Below, one piece after another: positions 45,162 through 54,800 of a stretch of DNA of 64,000 bases (position 1 is its first letter; each line of letters begins with the position of its first letter). The translations under genes were made by a program, and so were the position numbers. Location: the NCBI GenBank assembly GCA_963737655.1, contig CAVTTN010000002.1:1920001-1984000 (forward strand), written 5' to 3'. A model generated the notes under the pieces. The model was not told where the DNA came from. It saw only the letters and a list, made by a program, of their open reading frames with translations, and searched no databases. This stretch comes from an uncultured Planctomycetota bacterium. Lineage in GTDB: Bacteria > Planctomycetota > Planctomycetia > Isosphaerales > Isosphaeraceae.

Positions 45162-48100
45162 ATGTTCGCGAAAATCCTCTACAGGCCGGCGTTGGCGATC
45201 GTCATCTCGGTGATCATCCTGTTCCTGGGGGGGCTGGCGATCAAGACGTTGCCGGTCTCCCAGTTCCCCGCGGTCGCGCCGCCGAGCGTCGTGGTCACGG
45301 TGGCCTATCCCGGCGCCAGCGCCAACGTCCTGGTGGACTCGGTGCTGGTCATCCTGGAGCAGTCCATCAACGGCGTGCAGGACATGCGCTACATGGCCTC
45401 CGCCGCCACCAGCGCCGGCGAGGCGACGATCCTGATCGTCTTCGAGCCGGGGACCGACCCGAACGTGGCGGTCCTGAACGTCAACAACCGCATCCAGATG
45501 GTCAAGAACCGCCTCCCGCCGCTGGTGGAGCGGGAGGGCATCGTCGTCATGCAGATGATGACGAGCATGCTGATGTACGTGAACGTGTTCAGCGACCAGG
45601 AGGGCGTCGACCAGAACTTCCTGTACAATTACGCCTACGTGAACATCCTGCCCGAGATCAAGCGGGTGCGGGGCGTCGGCATGGCCACGATCCTCGGCAA
45701 CCGCCAGTACGCCATGAGGGTCTGGCTCGACCTGGACCGGATGCGGGCCTACAACGTCTCCTCCGACGACATCATGGAGGCGATCTCCAAGCAGAGCATG
45801 ATCGGCTCGCCCGGGCGGCTCGGCCAGGCGACGGGGAAGACGTCGCAGACGATCGAGTACGTGCTGACCTGGGTGGGGCGTTACAACAAGCCGGAGCAAT
45901 ATGAACGGATCGTCCTGAAGGCGAATCCCGATGGCGAGATCCTCCGGCTCAAGGACGTCGCCAAGGTCGAGATGAGCGCCTCGTACTACAACCTCTACTC
46001 GGACATCGACGGCCTCCCCTCGGCGGCCATCGTGCTCAAGCAGACCCCGGGCTCCAACGCCTCCACGGTCATCGAGGAGGTCAAGGAGAAGCTGACGGAG
46101 ATGAAGAAGGAGAAGTTCCCGCCGGGGATGGACTTCGCCGTGACCTACGACGTCTCCTCGTTCCTCGAGGCCTCCATCGAGAAGGTGCTCCACACCCTGA
46201 TCGAGGCCTTCGTGCTGGTGGCGCTGGTGGTCTTCCTGTTCCTCGGCGACTGGCGATCCACGCTGATCCCCACCCTGGCGGTCCCGGTCTCGCTGATCGG
46301 CACCTTCTTCTTCATGCAAGTGATGGGGCTGTCGATCAACCTCATCACGCTTTTCGCGCTGGTGCTGGCCATCGGCGTCGTCGTCGACGACGCGATCGTC
46401 GTGGTCGAGGCCGTGCACGCCAAGATGGCCGAGAAGCACCTGTCGCCCTATCGCGCGACGATGGAGGTCATGAACGAGATCAGCGGGGCGATCATCGCGA
46501 TCACCATGGTGATGACGGCGGTGTTCATCCCGGTCACCTTCATGACCGGGCCGGTCGGCGTCTTCTACCGCCAGTTCGGCATCACGATGGCCACGTCGAT
46601 CGTCCTCTCCGGCGTCGTCGCCCTGACGCTCACCCCGGTCCTCTGCGCCATGCTCCTCAAGCCCCACGGCCACAAGGCGCGGGGGCCGCTGGCGATCCTC
46701 CTCAGCGGGATCTTCCTGCCGGTGACCCTCGTGCTCCGCCTGTTCGATCGCGGGGTCAACAAGGTCACCAACGGCTACGCCGGCATCCTGGGCCGGATCG
46801 TCACGCTCCGGCTGATCACGATGCTCATCATCGGCGGCTTCGCCTATGGCATCTTCCTGGTCAACATGAAGCTCCCCTCGGGCTTCGTCCCCCTGGAGGA
46901 CCAGGGCATGATCTACGGGGTCCTCCAGACGCCCCCGGGCTCCACGCTGGAGTACACCAACGCCAAGGCCCACGAGCTCCAGGCGATCGCCAAGAAGATC
47001 GAGGGCGTCAAGTCCGTCTCCTCGCTCGCCGGTTACGAGGTGCTGACCGAGGGCCGAGGCTCCAACGCCGGGACCTGCCTGATCAACCTGAAGCCCTGGG
47101 CCGAGCGCAAGATGACCTCGAAGCAGATCATCGAGGAACTCCAGAAGCAGGGCCAGTCGATCTCCAACGCGAAGCTCGAGTTCTTCGAGCCGCCGGCGGT
47201 CCCCGGCTTCGGCGCGGCCGGAGGCTTCTCCACCCGCGTCCTCGACAAGACCAACACCAACGACTACAAGCGGCTCGGCGAAGTGACGGACAAATTCATG
47301 GCCGCCCTGAAGAAACGCAAGGAAATCAAGGGCCTGTTCACCTTCTTCGCCGCCAACTATCCCCAGTATGAGATCGTCATCGACAACGACGTGGCCATGC
47401 AGAAGGGGGTCTCCATCGCCGACGCCATGGACAACCTCTCCATCGTCGTCGGCAGCACCTGGGAGCAGGGCTTCGTCCGCTTCAACCAGTTCTGGAAGGT
47501 CTTCGTCCAGGCCGAGCCGAAGTTCCGACGCTACCCCGCGGACCTGCAGAACATGTTCGTCAAGAACGACCACGGCGAGATGGTCCCCTACTCCTCCTTC
47601 ATGTCGATCCGCAAGCAGCAGGGCCTCAACGAGATCAACCGCTACAACCTCTACGCCTCCGCCGCCATCCAGGGGGCACCGGCCCCCGGCTACAGCACCG
47701 GCCAGGCCATCAAGGCGATCGAGGAGGTCGCCAAGGAGACGCTGCCCCCGGGATTCGGCGTCGGCTGGGAGGGCCTCTCCTACGACGAGGCGAACAAGGG
47801 GAACCTGGCGGTCTACATCCTCCTGGTCGTCGTCATCTTCGTCTACCTCGTGCTCGTCGGCCAGTACGAGAGCTTCCTCCTCCCCCTGGCGGTCATCTTC
47901 TCCCTGCCCATCGGCCTGTTCGGGACGTTCTGGCTCCTGAAAGCCATGGGCCTGGCCAACGACGTCTACGCCCAGATCGGCCTGATCATGCTCGTCGGAC
48001 TGCTCGGCAAGAACGCGATCCTGATCGTGGAATTCGCCGTGCAGCGGCGGGCCGAGGGCCTGAGCATCAAGGAGGCCGCCATCGAAGGAGGAAAACTCCG

Positions 48101-48425
48101 ATTCCGGCCGATCCTCATGACCTCCTTCGCCTTCATCGCCGGCCTGCTCCCGCTGGTCTACGCCACCGGCCCCGGCGCGATCGGCAACCGCACCATCGGC
48201 ACCGCCGCGGTCGGCGGGATGCTCGTGGGCACCCTGGTCGGCGTCCTGGTCATCCCCGGCCTCTACTACGTCTTCGCGAAGATCTCCGACGGTCGCTACC
48301 TACTCAAGGACGAGACCGATGAAACGCTCTCAGAGTCCCTGACGACCCACGGGTCGATCGCGCCCGACCCGCATTCCAGCCCATCGCACTCGTTCCTCGC
48401 CCCGGAAGGCAAGGACTTGCACTAG
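45162..48425 (+). CDS. RND efflux permease (HAE1/AcrB-like)
   Basis: AIGVVVDDAIVVVE, GKNAILIVEF, RFRPILMTS. Confidence 0.95.
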   Translation: MFAKILYRPALAIVISVIILFLGGLAIKTLPVSQFPAVAPPSVVVTVAYPGASANVLVDSVLVILEQSINGVQDMRYMASAATSAGEATILIVFEPGTDPNVAVLNVNNRIQMVKNRLPPLVEREGIVVMQMMTSMLMYVNVFSDQEGVDQNFLYNYAYVNILPEIKRVRGVGMATILGNRQYAMRVWLDLDRMRAYNVSSDDIMEAISKQSMIGSPGRLGQATGKTSQTIEYVLTWVGRYNKPEQYERIVLKANPDGEILRLKDVAKVEMSASYYNLYSDIDGLPSAAIVLKQTPGSNASTVIEEVKEKLTEMKKEKFPPGMDFAVTYDVSSFLEASIEKVLHTLIEAFVLVALVVFLFLGDWRSTLIPTLAVPVSLIGTFFFMQVMGLSINLITLFALVLAIGVVVDDAIVVVEAVHAKMAEKHLSPYRATMEVMNEISGAIIAITMVMTAVFIPVTFMTGPVGVFYRQFGITMATSIVLSGVVALTLTPVLCAMLLKPHGHKARGPLAILLSGIFLPVTLVLRLFDRGVNKVTNGYAGILGRIVTLRLITMLIIGGFAYGIFLVNMKLPSGFVPLEDQGMIYGVLQTPPGSTLEYTNAKAHELQAIAKKIEGVKSVSSLAGYEVLTEGRGSNAGTCLINLKPWAERKMTSKQIIEELQKQGQSISNAKLEFFEPPAVPGFGAAGGFSTRVLDKTNTNDYKRLGEVTDKFMAALKKRKEIKGLFTFFAANYPQYEIVIDNDVAMQKGVSIADAMDNLSIVVGSTWEQGFVRFNQFWKVFVQAEPKFRRYPADLQNMFVKNDHGEMVPYSSFMSIRKQQGLNEINRYNLYASAAIQGAPAPGYSTGQAIKAIEEVAKETLPPGFGVGWEGLSYDEANKGNLAVYILLVVVIFVYLVLVGQYESFLLPLAVIFSLPIGLFGTFWLLKAMGLANDVYAQIGLIMLVGLLGKNAILIVEFAVQRRAEGLSIKEAAIEGGKLRFRPILMTSFAFIAGLLPLVYATGPGAIGNRTIGTAAVGGMLVGTLVGVLVIPGLYYVFAKISDGRYLLKDETDETLSESLTTHGSIAPDPHSSPSHSFLAPEGKDLH

Positions 48426-48546
48426 CTGGTTCCTGATGGGATGGAAAGTCAAACCGGGTCCGGATTTTCGTCGAATTTCCCCGTCCCACCCGGTCGCCGG
48501 CCAAGCCGGAGGCCACGACTTCGAGACCATCCTCCCCGTTCGCGAG

Positions 48547-48575
48547 AAACCCCCGGATGACCCCGGGGGTTTTTC
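48547..48575 (+). terminator. Intrinsic terminator after the RND operon
   Basis: AAACCCCCGG/CCGGGGGTTT stem plus T-run. Confidence 0.6.
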
Positions 48576-48770
48576 TTCGCGCCCGCCGCCCCGCGGCTTC
48601 CGGTGCCCAGCACGTGCCCCAGCCCCGCCAAGGTGGCGGAGATCCCACCGGCACCCGGGCGACCAGGCCGGACCGATCCGTCCTCCACGCCGGAAGATCG
48701 GACGCGCCCTCCCCCGTCCCGAGCCGGGGGGCGGGAGTGAGGGGGGCCGGCTCTTGGAAGCCGAGCCCCA

Positions 48771-49385
48771 CGACCGACCTTCGACCAGAAGCCGTCCGAA
48801 CCGACGGCGCGACCAAACCCATCCCAACCGCTCACGGCCCACCCCCGAACCACGAATCGAAGTCCCCGCCCGACGTCCACCGACGCCATCCCCTCGATCC
48901 AGACCATCGAGAGCCGCCCCCACCCCCGATCGCCCAATCTCGCCCCCACCCCATCACCCATCCCGAATGACCCCTCAAGCGCACTCCCCGAAGGATCCAC
49001 CAATCCGGACAAAATTCGGCGGCGAAGCTCCAAAATCCGATCGACGCAAACCGTTCGGACATCAAAATTTGCTCGCAAAAACCAAACAAATTCACAAATC
49101 AAGCAACATGGCTCGGCACGAGTGACTGTGCGCCCGAAAACCCTGGAAAAACCGCCCTCCGGCGCGTTTTTCGGGAAAACGTGGAGTCAAGTTCCGCGAA
49201 ATCGTCGATCGCGCACATCTGCCCATGACCAAACTCGAACAATCCAACCAATGAATGGAATCCAAATTAATAAATCTCGAAACATCGGCAACTTGCCGCT
49301 CGTCAGACCCCCGCAAACCCGACCCCACCCGCTTCTCTCGAGCGGATTTCCCGGAAGCCCCAGACTCCCCAGGATCGCAAGCCCC
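48771..49385. repeat. ~600-bp dispersed intergenic repeat, copy 2
   Basis: Similar to 30116-30708 in the same orientation. Confidence 0.8.
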
Positions 49386-49565
49386 GGGGACCGTCGAGTG
49401 AGTCCTCAAGGATCGAGACTCGGGTGGCATGCTCACGTCTTTGCAACCAAGGATTCGGCCGGCTTCGAATGGAAGGCATGCTCACCTCTTGGTAAGCATG
49501 CAACCCGGCCAAAGAAAATCCTTGGAAGGCGAACTCGCCGTCGGCAAAATCAACAACCGGCCCGA

Positions 49566-49617
49566 GATTATGCATCCGAAACGACGTGATAAATCACGTC
49601 GTTTCGGATGCATAATC
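49566..49617. repeat. Perfect 25-bp inverted repeat with 2-nt loop
   Basis: GATTATGCATCCGAAACGACGTGAT-aa-ATCACGTCGTTTCGGATGCATAATC. Confidence 0.95.
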
Positions 49618-49639
49618 CCGCAAATTCGGAGATTCTGCG

Positions 49640-49668
49640 TCACTTTCGATGTCTACTTCATGTTAGGC
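49640..49668 (+). other. Putative attI site (array start)
   Basis: First GTTAGGC (49662-49668) opens a cassette but is not preceded by an attC hairpin. Confidence 0.6.
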
Positions 49669-49993
49669 GGCTCAGGAGTCGAAGCCTTCGGTCGTGCTCG
49701 TCGTCGGCCTCGCCGGTCGCGCCTCGGCTCGACGACGCCATCGGTCGGGCCCCTGGAGTCGGCCTCGGCGGTGGTGCGCGTCGTCGCCCTCGCCGGCCGC
49801 GCCCCGAGGTCGGGCCCGTCGGCCGGCGCCCCCCTTGCCAACGCCGTCGGTCCGTGCCAGGATCGTCGGTGTCGGCGCGTGGGGCGTCGCCGGGGCGCCG
49901 CCTAACCCGGCGCTGCAGCGGACCCGGCCCGCGGTCGACGATCACTCTCCTCTCAATCTCGCCGGGCGCGGGCCGGTCCGCTGAGCTTTGTCG
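49663..49993 (+). repeat. ORF-less cassette, copy 1 (attC 49900-49999)
   Basis: Near-identical to 51537-51867 and 52326-52656. Confidence 0.85.
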
Positions 49994-50147
49994 TTAGGCG
50001 TCGCGCCCTCGACACGGTTGGTTTGGCTCGTCGTCGAAGTCGCTGGGAGTGCCCCTGCTGTCAAAGTCTGTGGGTTGAGCTCCGGCTTCGCCGTCGCGAT
50101 GTTCGGTCATCGTCTCCAAAGGTCATCGTCGTCGCGGTCGGCCGCCT

Positions 50148-50526
50148 CTTCGTGAACTCTTTGGCTGGGAACGGCCATCGACGCGCGACACTACCCCAAC
50201 CCCAGGCTTTGTGGCCGGGCAGCGGCGAGGTCCGGGTAGCAAACCGACGGATTCAAGAGCGGCGGACGAGGCGCGGGCCGAGAGGGGAGTCGGTTACGCT
50301 TGCAGTCTCTTCGACGGGAACATCCCCGCGAGTCGGCTCGCGGGGCGTCGCCAATGACCGGATCACGACCTCTCGGGCCAGGCTAACCTACGGGCAGGGA
50401 GCACCAAGGTGGAGACGGCCGGGAGGCCCGCGCCACACTCAGGCTACGCCGCGCCGGGTCGGCGGGCAAGTCGTCCCCGACCCCCGTTCACGCCCCGTCG
50501 GGAGCGGACGAAGGCCGCAGGATGGT
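50148..50526 (-). mobile_element. 379-bp non-autonomous IS110 derivative, copy 1 (type A), in attC 50144-50623
   Basis: GCCT|CTTCGTGAAC...GGATGGT|TAACCTC; homologous to the ends of the IS110 at 53084-54866. Confidence 0.85.
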
Positions 50527-50648
50527 TAACCTCGCGCTGCAGCGGACCCGTCCCGCGGTTGACGATTTTTCTGGTGTCCAGCCCGCTGGCCGCGGGTCGG
50601 TCCGCTGAGCTTGGTCGTTAGGCGTATTAGGTCGATCGGAGGCTCTGG

Positions 50649-51059
50649 ATGCGCAGTAGAGTCCGCTATGTCAGTGGTTTGCTATCGCTGTCCGTGCTGA
50701 TCTTTACCTCGTGCAGACCGGAGCGACCGGCGGGCAGCGAGGCGGACGCGTGGCCATCCGACCAAGAGATCCTCGCCTACCTCGATGGCAAGACGATTTT
50801 CGAGCCCACGCCTGCCTCATCGGAGAAGGGAGGTAGTGTACCCCCGAAATCCTTCTTGCTGAAGGCAGGCAACATTTCCTCCTTGGAAGTGAAGAAGTCG
50901 GGGGTTGCTGTCTCGGGCGAGCCTTGGACGACGCCGATCCATTTCATCCTCGACGAGGGGGGGCGTAAATATGCCGTTGATGCCAGCGTCGATCACCGGA
51001 AAGTCGATAATAAACGGGCCTTCTTCGGGCTCAAGGCCGAGCGCATCGCTGAGCAGTGA
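50649..51059 (+). CDS. Cassette gene: putative lipoprotein
   Basis: GGAGG RBS, signal peptide ending FTSC. Confidence 0.75.
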   Translation: MRSRVRYVSGLLSLSVLIFTSCRPERPAGSEADAWPSDQEILAYLDGKTIFEPTPASSEKGGSVPPKSFLLKAGNISSLEVKKSGVAVSGEPWTTPIHFILDEGGRKYAVDASVDHRKVDNKRAFFGLKAERIAEQ

Positions 51060-51064
51060 CGCCT

Positions 51065-51443
51065 CTTCGTGAACTCTTTGGCTGGGAACGGCCATCGACG
51101 CGCGACACTACCCCAACCCCAGGCTTTGTGGCCGGGCAGCGGCGAGGTCCGGGTAGCAAACCGACGGATTCAAGAGCGGCGGACGAGGCGCGGGCCGAGA
51201 GGGGAGTCGGTTACGCTTGCAGTCTCTTCGACGGGAACATCCCCGCGAGTCGGCTCGCGGGGCGTCGCCAATGACCGGATCACGACCTCTCGGGCCAGGC
51301 TAACCTACGGGCAGGGAGCACCAAGGTGGAGACGGCCGGGAGGCCCGCGCCACACTCAGGCTACGCCGCGCCGGGTCGGCGGGCAAGTCGTCCCCGACCC
51401 CCGTTCACGCCCCGTCGGGAGCGGACGAAGGCCGCAGGATGGT
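51065..51443 (-). mobile_element. 379-bp IS110 derivative, copy 2 (type A), in attC 51061-51542
   Basis: Same junctions and sequence as copy 1. Confidence 0.85.
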
Positions 51444-51536
51444 TAACCTCGCGCTGCAGCGGACCCCGGCCACGGGCCGCGCTCCCCTCTTCCCTCAAGC
51501 TCACTGGTCCGTGGCCGGGTCCGCTGAGCTTTGGCG

Positions 51537-51867
51537 TTAGGCGGCTCAGGAGTCGAAGCCTTCGGTCGTGCTCGTCGTCGGCCTCGCCGGTCGCGCCTCG
51601 GCTCGACGACGCCATCGGTCGGGCCCCTGGAGTCGGCCTCGGCGGTGGTGCGCGTCGTCGCCCTCGCCGGCCGCGCCCCCGAGGTCGGGCCCGTCGGCCG
51701 GCGCCCCCCTTGCCAACGCCGTCGGTCCGTGCCAGGATCGTCGGTGTCGGCGCGTGGGGCGTCGCCGGGCGCCGCCTAACCCGGCGCTGCAGCGGACCCG
51801 GCCCGCGGTCGACGATCACTCTCCTCTCAATCTCGCCGGGCGCGGGCCGGTCCGCTGAGCTTTGTCG
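51537..51867 (+). repeat. ORF-less cassette, copy 2 (attC 51774-51873)
   Basis: Repeat of 49663-49993. Confidence 0.85.
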
Positions 51868-51890
51868 TTAGGCGGCGGGAGACTCCCGCG

Positions 51891-52211
51891 ATGGATTGGC
51901 TCGAACCGTGGTGCGATGTCGCCGACCTCGGCCCCGACTTCGCGGCTACATTCGAGCGGGTTCTGGCACGCGAGGTCGCGCCGGGCCATCCCCTCCACAG
52001 CATCCCGGTCGCGGCAGTCGGCAAGCGCGACGGCACCGACGACGTGCTCTTTCGGCTGCTCGACGGCTCGGAGCGTGTCGCCGCCGTGCACCTGACCTGG
52101 ACTCGCTCCCCTCCCGAGCGGCCACCCTGGCCGGCAACCGAACTGTTCGCCGACTTCGAGGCGTTCGCCCGGCACCAGATGCGGCCCGACCATGAGGAAT
52201 TCGTGACGTAG
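51891..52211 (+). CDS. Cassette gene: hypothetical protein (attC 52232-52331)
   Basis: GGGAG RBS; fills the cassette; REVAPGHPL..DDVLF..AAVHLTW. Confidence 0.8.
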   Translation: MDWLEPWCDVADLGPDFAATFERVLAREVAPGHPLHSIPVAAVGKRDGTDDVLFRLLDGSERVAAVHLTWTRSPPERPPWPATELFADFEAFARHQMRPDHEEFVT

Positions 52212-52325
52212 CGGCGGGCACAAGAGACGCCGCCTAACCCGGCGCTGCAGCGGACCCGGCCGCCGCGGTCGGTTTCTGGTAACATCAAGGTCACTGGTCG
52301 GCGGCCGGTCCGCTGAGCTTGGTCG

Positions 52326-52656
52326 TTAGGCGGCTCAGGAGTCGAAGCCTTCGGTCGTGCTCGTCGTCGGCCTCGCCGGTCGCGCCTCGGCTCGACGACG
52401 CCATCGGTCGGGCCCCTGGAGTCGGCCTCGGCGGTGGTGCGCGTCGTCGCCCTCGCCGGCCGCGCCCCCGAGGTCGGGCCCGTCGGCCGGCGCCCCCTTG
52501 CCAACGCCGTCGGTCCGTGCCAGGATCGTCGGTGTCGGCGCGTGGGGCGTCGCCGGGGCGCCGCCTAACCCGGCGCTGCAGCGGACCCGGCCCGCGGTCG
52601 ACGATCACTCTCCTCTCAATCTCGCCGGGCGCGGGCCGGTCCGCTGAGCTTTGTCG
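52326..52656 (+). repeat. ORF-less cassette, copy 3 (attC 52563-52662)
   Basis: Repeat of 49663-49993. Confidence 0.85.
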
Positions 52657-52680
52657 TTAGGCGGCTCGGAGGCAACCGCA

Positions 52681-53091
52681 ATGGCCGAGCCTTTCGACCG
52701 CATCGCCGCGCTGGGCGAGTTGCCCCCGACGCTCGCGGCACGCCTGCGGTTCCTCCCCGAGACCGATCGCTCCGTCATCGGCACCATCCGATGCGGCGTT
52801 CTGTTCGTCATGGCCTTCTGGAGCGGCCCCGCCCGGCTGGCCTTCGCCGAACTCAAGCGGGTGCTCGCGGCCGAGGACATCGCCGGCCGCTTAGAGTTGG
52901 TCGTCGTCGATACCGATGGCTGCCCCGACCTCCAGGATCAGCCCGAGTTCACCGGCAAGCTGCACGGCGCCGGCGAGGCCGCTTGGGTTAATCAGGGCGT
53001 CATTGTCTGCACGTCGGGCCTGGGCTATCATCCCGAGTGCTTCGGGCCGAATACGCGGCGCCTCCTGGGCGAATGCGCCGCCTCCCCGTGA
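52681..53091 (+). CDS. Cassette gene: hypothetical, possibly thioredoxin-like fold; stop codon supplied by the IS end
   Basis: GGAGG RBS; AFWSGPA and VVVDTD; ends GCC TCC CCG TGA. Confidence 0.7.
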   Translation: MAEPFDRIAALGELPPTLAARLRFLPETDRSVIGTIRCGVLFVMAFWSGPARLAFAELKRVLAAEDIAGRLELVVVDTDGCPDLQDQPEFTGKLHGAGEAAWVNQGVIVCTSGLGYHPECFGPNTRRLLGECAASP

Positions 53092-53243
53092 ACTCTTCGC
53101 GCCGGCGGTTCGGCATCGGTTGATACTATGTGGGCATGATCATCGATCGGCCCGCATCCCCCCCGGCCCCCGCGACGACGGGGACGGCCCGATCCGGCTC
53201 GGCGGGGCTTGCGGTCGGGCGCCCCGCCTCCGACCCGTCGCCC

Positions 53244-54596
53244 TCACGACGGCGGCGACGGCGGCGACTTCGCCACCAGCTCGTAGCCCAGCGACCTCGC
53301 CTTGCGCCGCAGCGACCGCTCCTGCTTCGCGCGCACCTCGGCCTCGTACTCCGCCAGCGACCTCGACACGTACTCCTCGCCGTGCCTGAGCATCCGGTAC
53401 ACCAGCCGCGACAGCTTGTGCGCCGTCGCCGTGATCGCCCCCCGGCCGCCGATCCGGCCCTTGATCCGCCGGTAGAACTGGCCCGTCGCCGTCGCCGTCC
53501 GGCCCGCCGCCTGCGCCGCCATCCGCAGCGCCTGACCCACCCGGTTCTTGCCCTTGCGGGGCGTGCGACGCCGCTCGGTCTTGTTGCTCCGGTCGGTCCG
53601 CGGGCAGAGGCCCAGCCAGCTGGCGAAGTGCTTCTCGCTCGGGAACCGCCCCACGTCGCCGCCGAGCTCGGCCAGGATCACCGTCGCCGTCGTCGCGTCG
53701 ATCCCCTCGATGGCCGTCAGGTCCACGCCGATCGCCCGGGCCAGCTTGGCCGGGGCGTCGAACCGCACGTCGTTGGCCTTGCGGCCGCGCTTGCGGGGCC
53801 TCGCCGCGATCGGCCGGCCTTCGGAGCGGTCGGGCAGGCGGTCCAGCTCCTCGGCGATCCGGGCGTCGCACTCGTCGACCTGGCGGTGGAGGTAGTGGTA
53901 CAGGTCGGACGCCTGCCTCAGGGCGAACAGGTGCTCGGGCCGCCAGGTGCCCTCCAGGGCCCGGGCGATCTCCGCCTCGTCCCGGGCGCACCGCTCGTGC
54001 CGCAGCGCGGCCAGCTTCGTGGCGTCCCGCTCGCCGGCGAGGATCGCGGCGATGATCGCCGTGCCGGTGACGCCCGTGATGCTGCTGACGACCTCGGTCA
54101 GCTTCACATTCATCTGCTCCAAAGCCTTCTGCATGTGCTGGACGTGGTGCGAGGCGTACCGCACGAGCATCTGCCGCTGCCGCCAGTAGCCGCGCAGGGC
54201 CAGGACGGCCCCGGGCGGGCGGAAGGACGGGCGGAGCAGGCCGCACGAGTGGAGGCGCTGGAGCCACTGGCAGTCGAGCCGGTCGGTCTTGGGCCGGGCG
54301 CCGCAGTGGCTGGCCTGGCTCGGCTCGATGAGGAAGACCTCGAAGCCGCGCGATTCGAGCAGCTCGAACAGGGGGATCCAGTAGACGCCGGTGGACTCCA
54401 GGACCACCGAGGTGACGCCCTCGGCCCGGAACCAATCGGCCAGGGCGTGGAGGTCGGCCGAGCAGGCGCCGAAGGTGCGGACCCGTCCGGGCCCGACGCA
54501 GGCGACGTGGTTGTCGGAGTGGACGTCGACGGCGGCGGCGTGGGGGTGGACGACCGGCAGGGACGCGTCGGGATCGGGGGGCGTGCGGCGACTCAT
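53244..54596 (-). CDS. IS110-family DEDD transposase/recombinase
   Basis: AVDVH, LESTGVYW, KTDRLD (DEDD); FPSEKHFASWLGLCP..S; AITATAHKL. Confidence 0.95.
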   Translation of the reverse strand: MSRRTPPDPDASLPVVHPHAAAVDVHSDNHVACVGPGRVRTFGACSADLHALADWFRAEGVTSVVLESTGVYWIPLFELLESRGFEVFLIEPSQASHCGARPKTDRLDCQWLQRLHSCGLLRPSFRPPGAVLALRGYWRQRQMLVRYASHHVQHMQKALEQMNVKLTEVVSSITGVTGTAIIAAILAGERDATKLAALRHERCARDEAEIARALEGTWRPEHLFALRQASDLYHYLHRQVDECDARIAEELDRLPDRSEGRPIAARPRKRGRKANDVRFDAPAKLARAIGVDLTAIEGIDATTATVILAELGGDVGRFPSEKHFASWLGLCPRTDRSNKTERRRTPRKGKNRVGQALRMAAQAAGRTATATGQFYRRIKGRIGGRGAITATAHKLSRLVYRMLRHGEEYVSRSLAEYEAEVRAKQERSLRRKARSLGYELVAKSPPSPPS

Positions 54597-54629
54597 GGCG
54601 AGGGCTCCGGCGGGTGGGGGGCCAAGCCG

Positions 54630-54800
54630 TCGCGGGCCGAGAGGGGGTCCGGGGACGAGGTAGTCTCCCCGACGGGAACGTCGCGGGGCCGTGTTGACAC
54701 GGCGCCGCGGGTCACCAATGATGGGGCCACGGCCTCTCGGGCCAAGCTAACCTGCGGGCGGCGAGCACCAGGGAGATGACGGCCGGGAGGCCCGCGGCGG
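54630..54800 (-). ncRNA. Predicted bridge/seek-type guide RNA region upstream of the transposase
   Basis: Stem CCGAGAGG(54637)/CCTCTCGG(54733), inner hairpin GCCGTGT/ACACGGC, CTAACCT matching the target, CTCCCCG matching the element end; boundaries approximate. Confidence 0.65.

Noticed and set aside
1..48425. Long overlapping or antisense ORFs (e.g. 23081..26287, 16496..19270, 44832..47573, 8371..10974)
   Set aside because: High-GC shadow frames of well-supported genes.
48430..49660. intI integrase gene
   Set aside because: No ORF with tyrosine-recombinase motifs in the ORF track on either strand.
50148..50526. Group IIC-attC intron remnant
   Set aside because: No GTGYG 5' end or reverse transcriptase seen; sequence and insertion point match the IS110 element instead.
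51069..51446. 125-aa ORF (MNSLAGNGHRR...) spanning each 379-bp element
   Set aside because: No RBS, Arg/Pro/Gly-rich composition, many amino-acid changes between types A and B, and it overlaps the IS non-coding end; most likely an incidental open frame.
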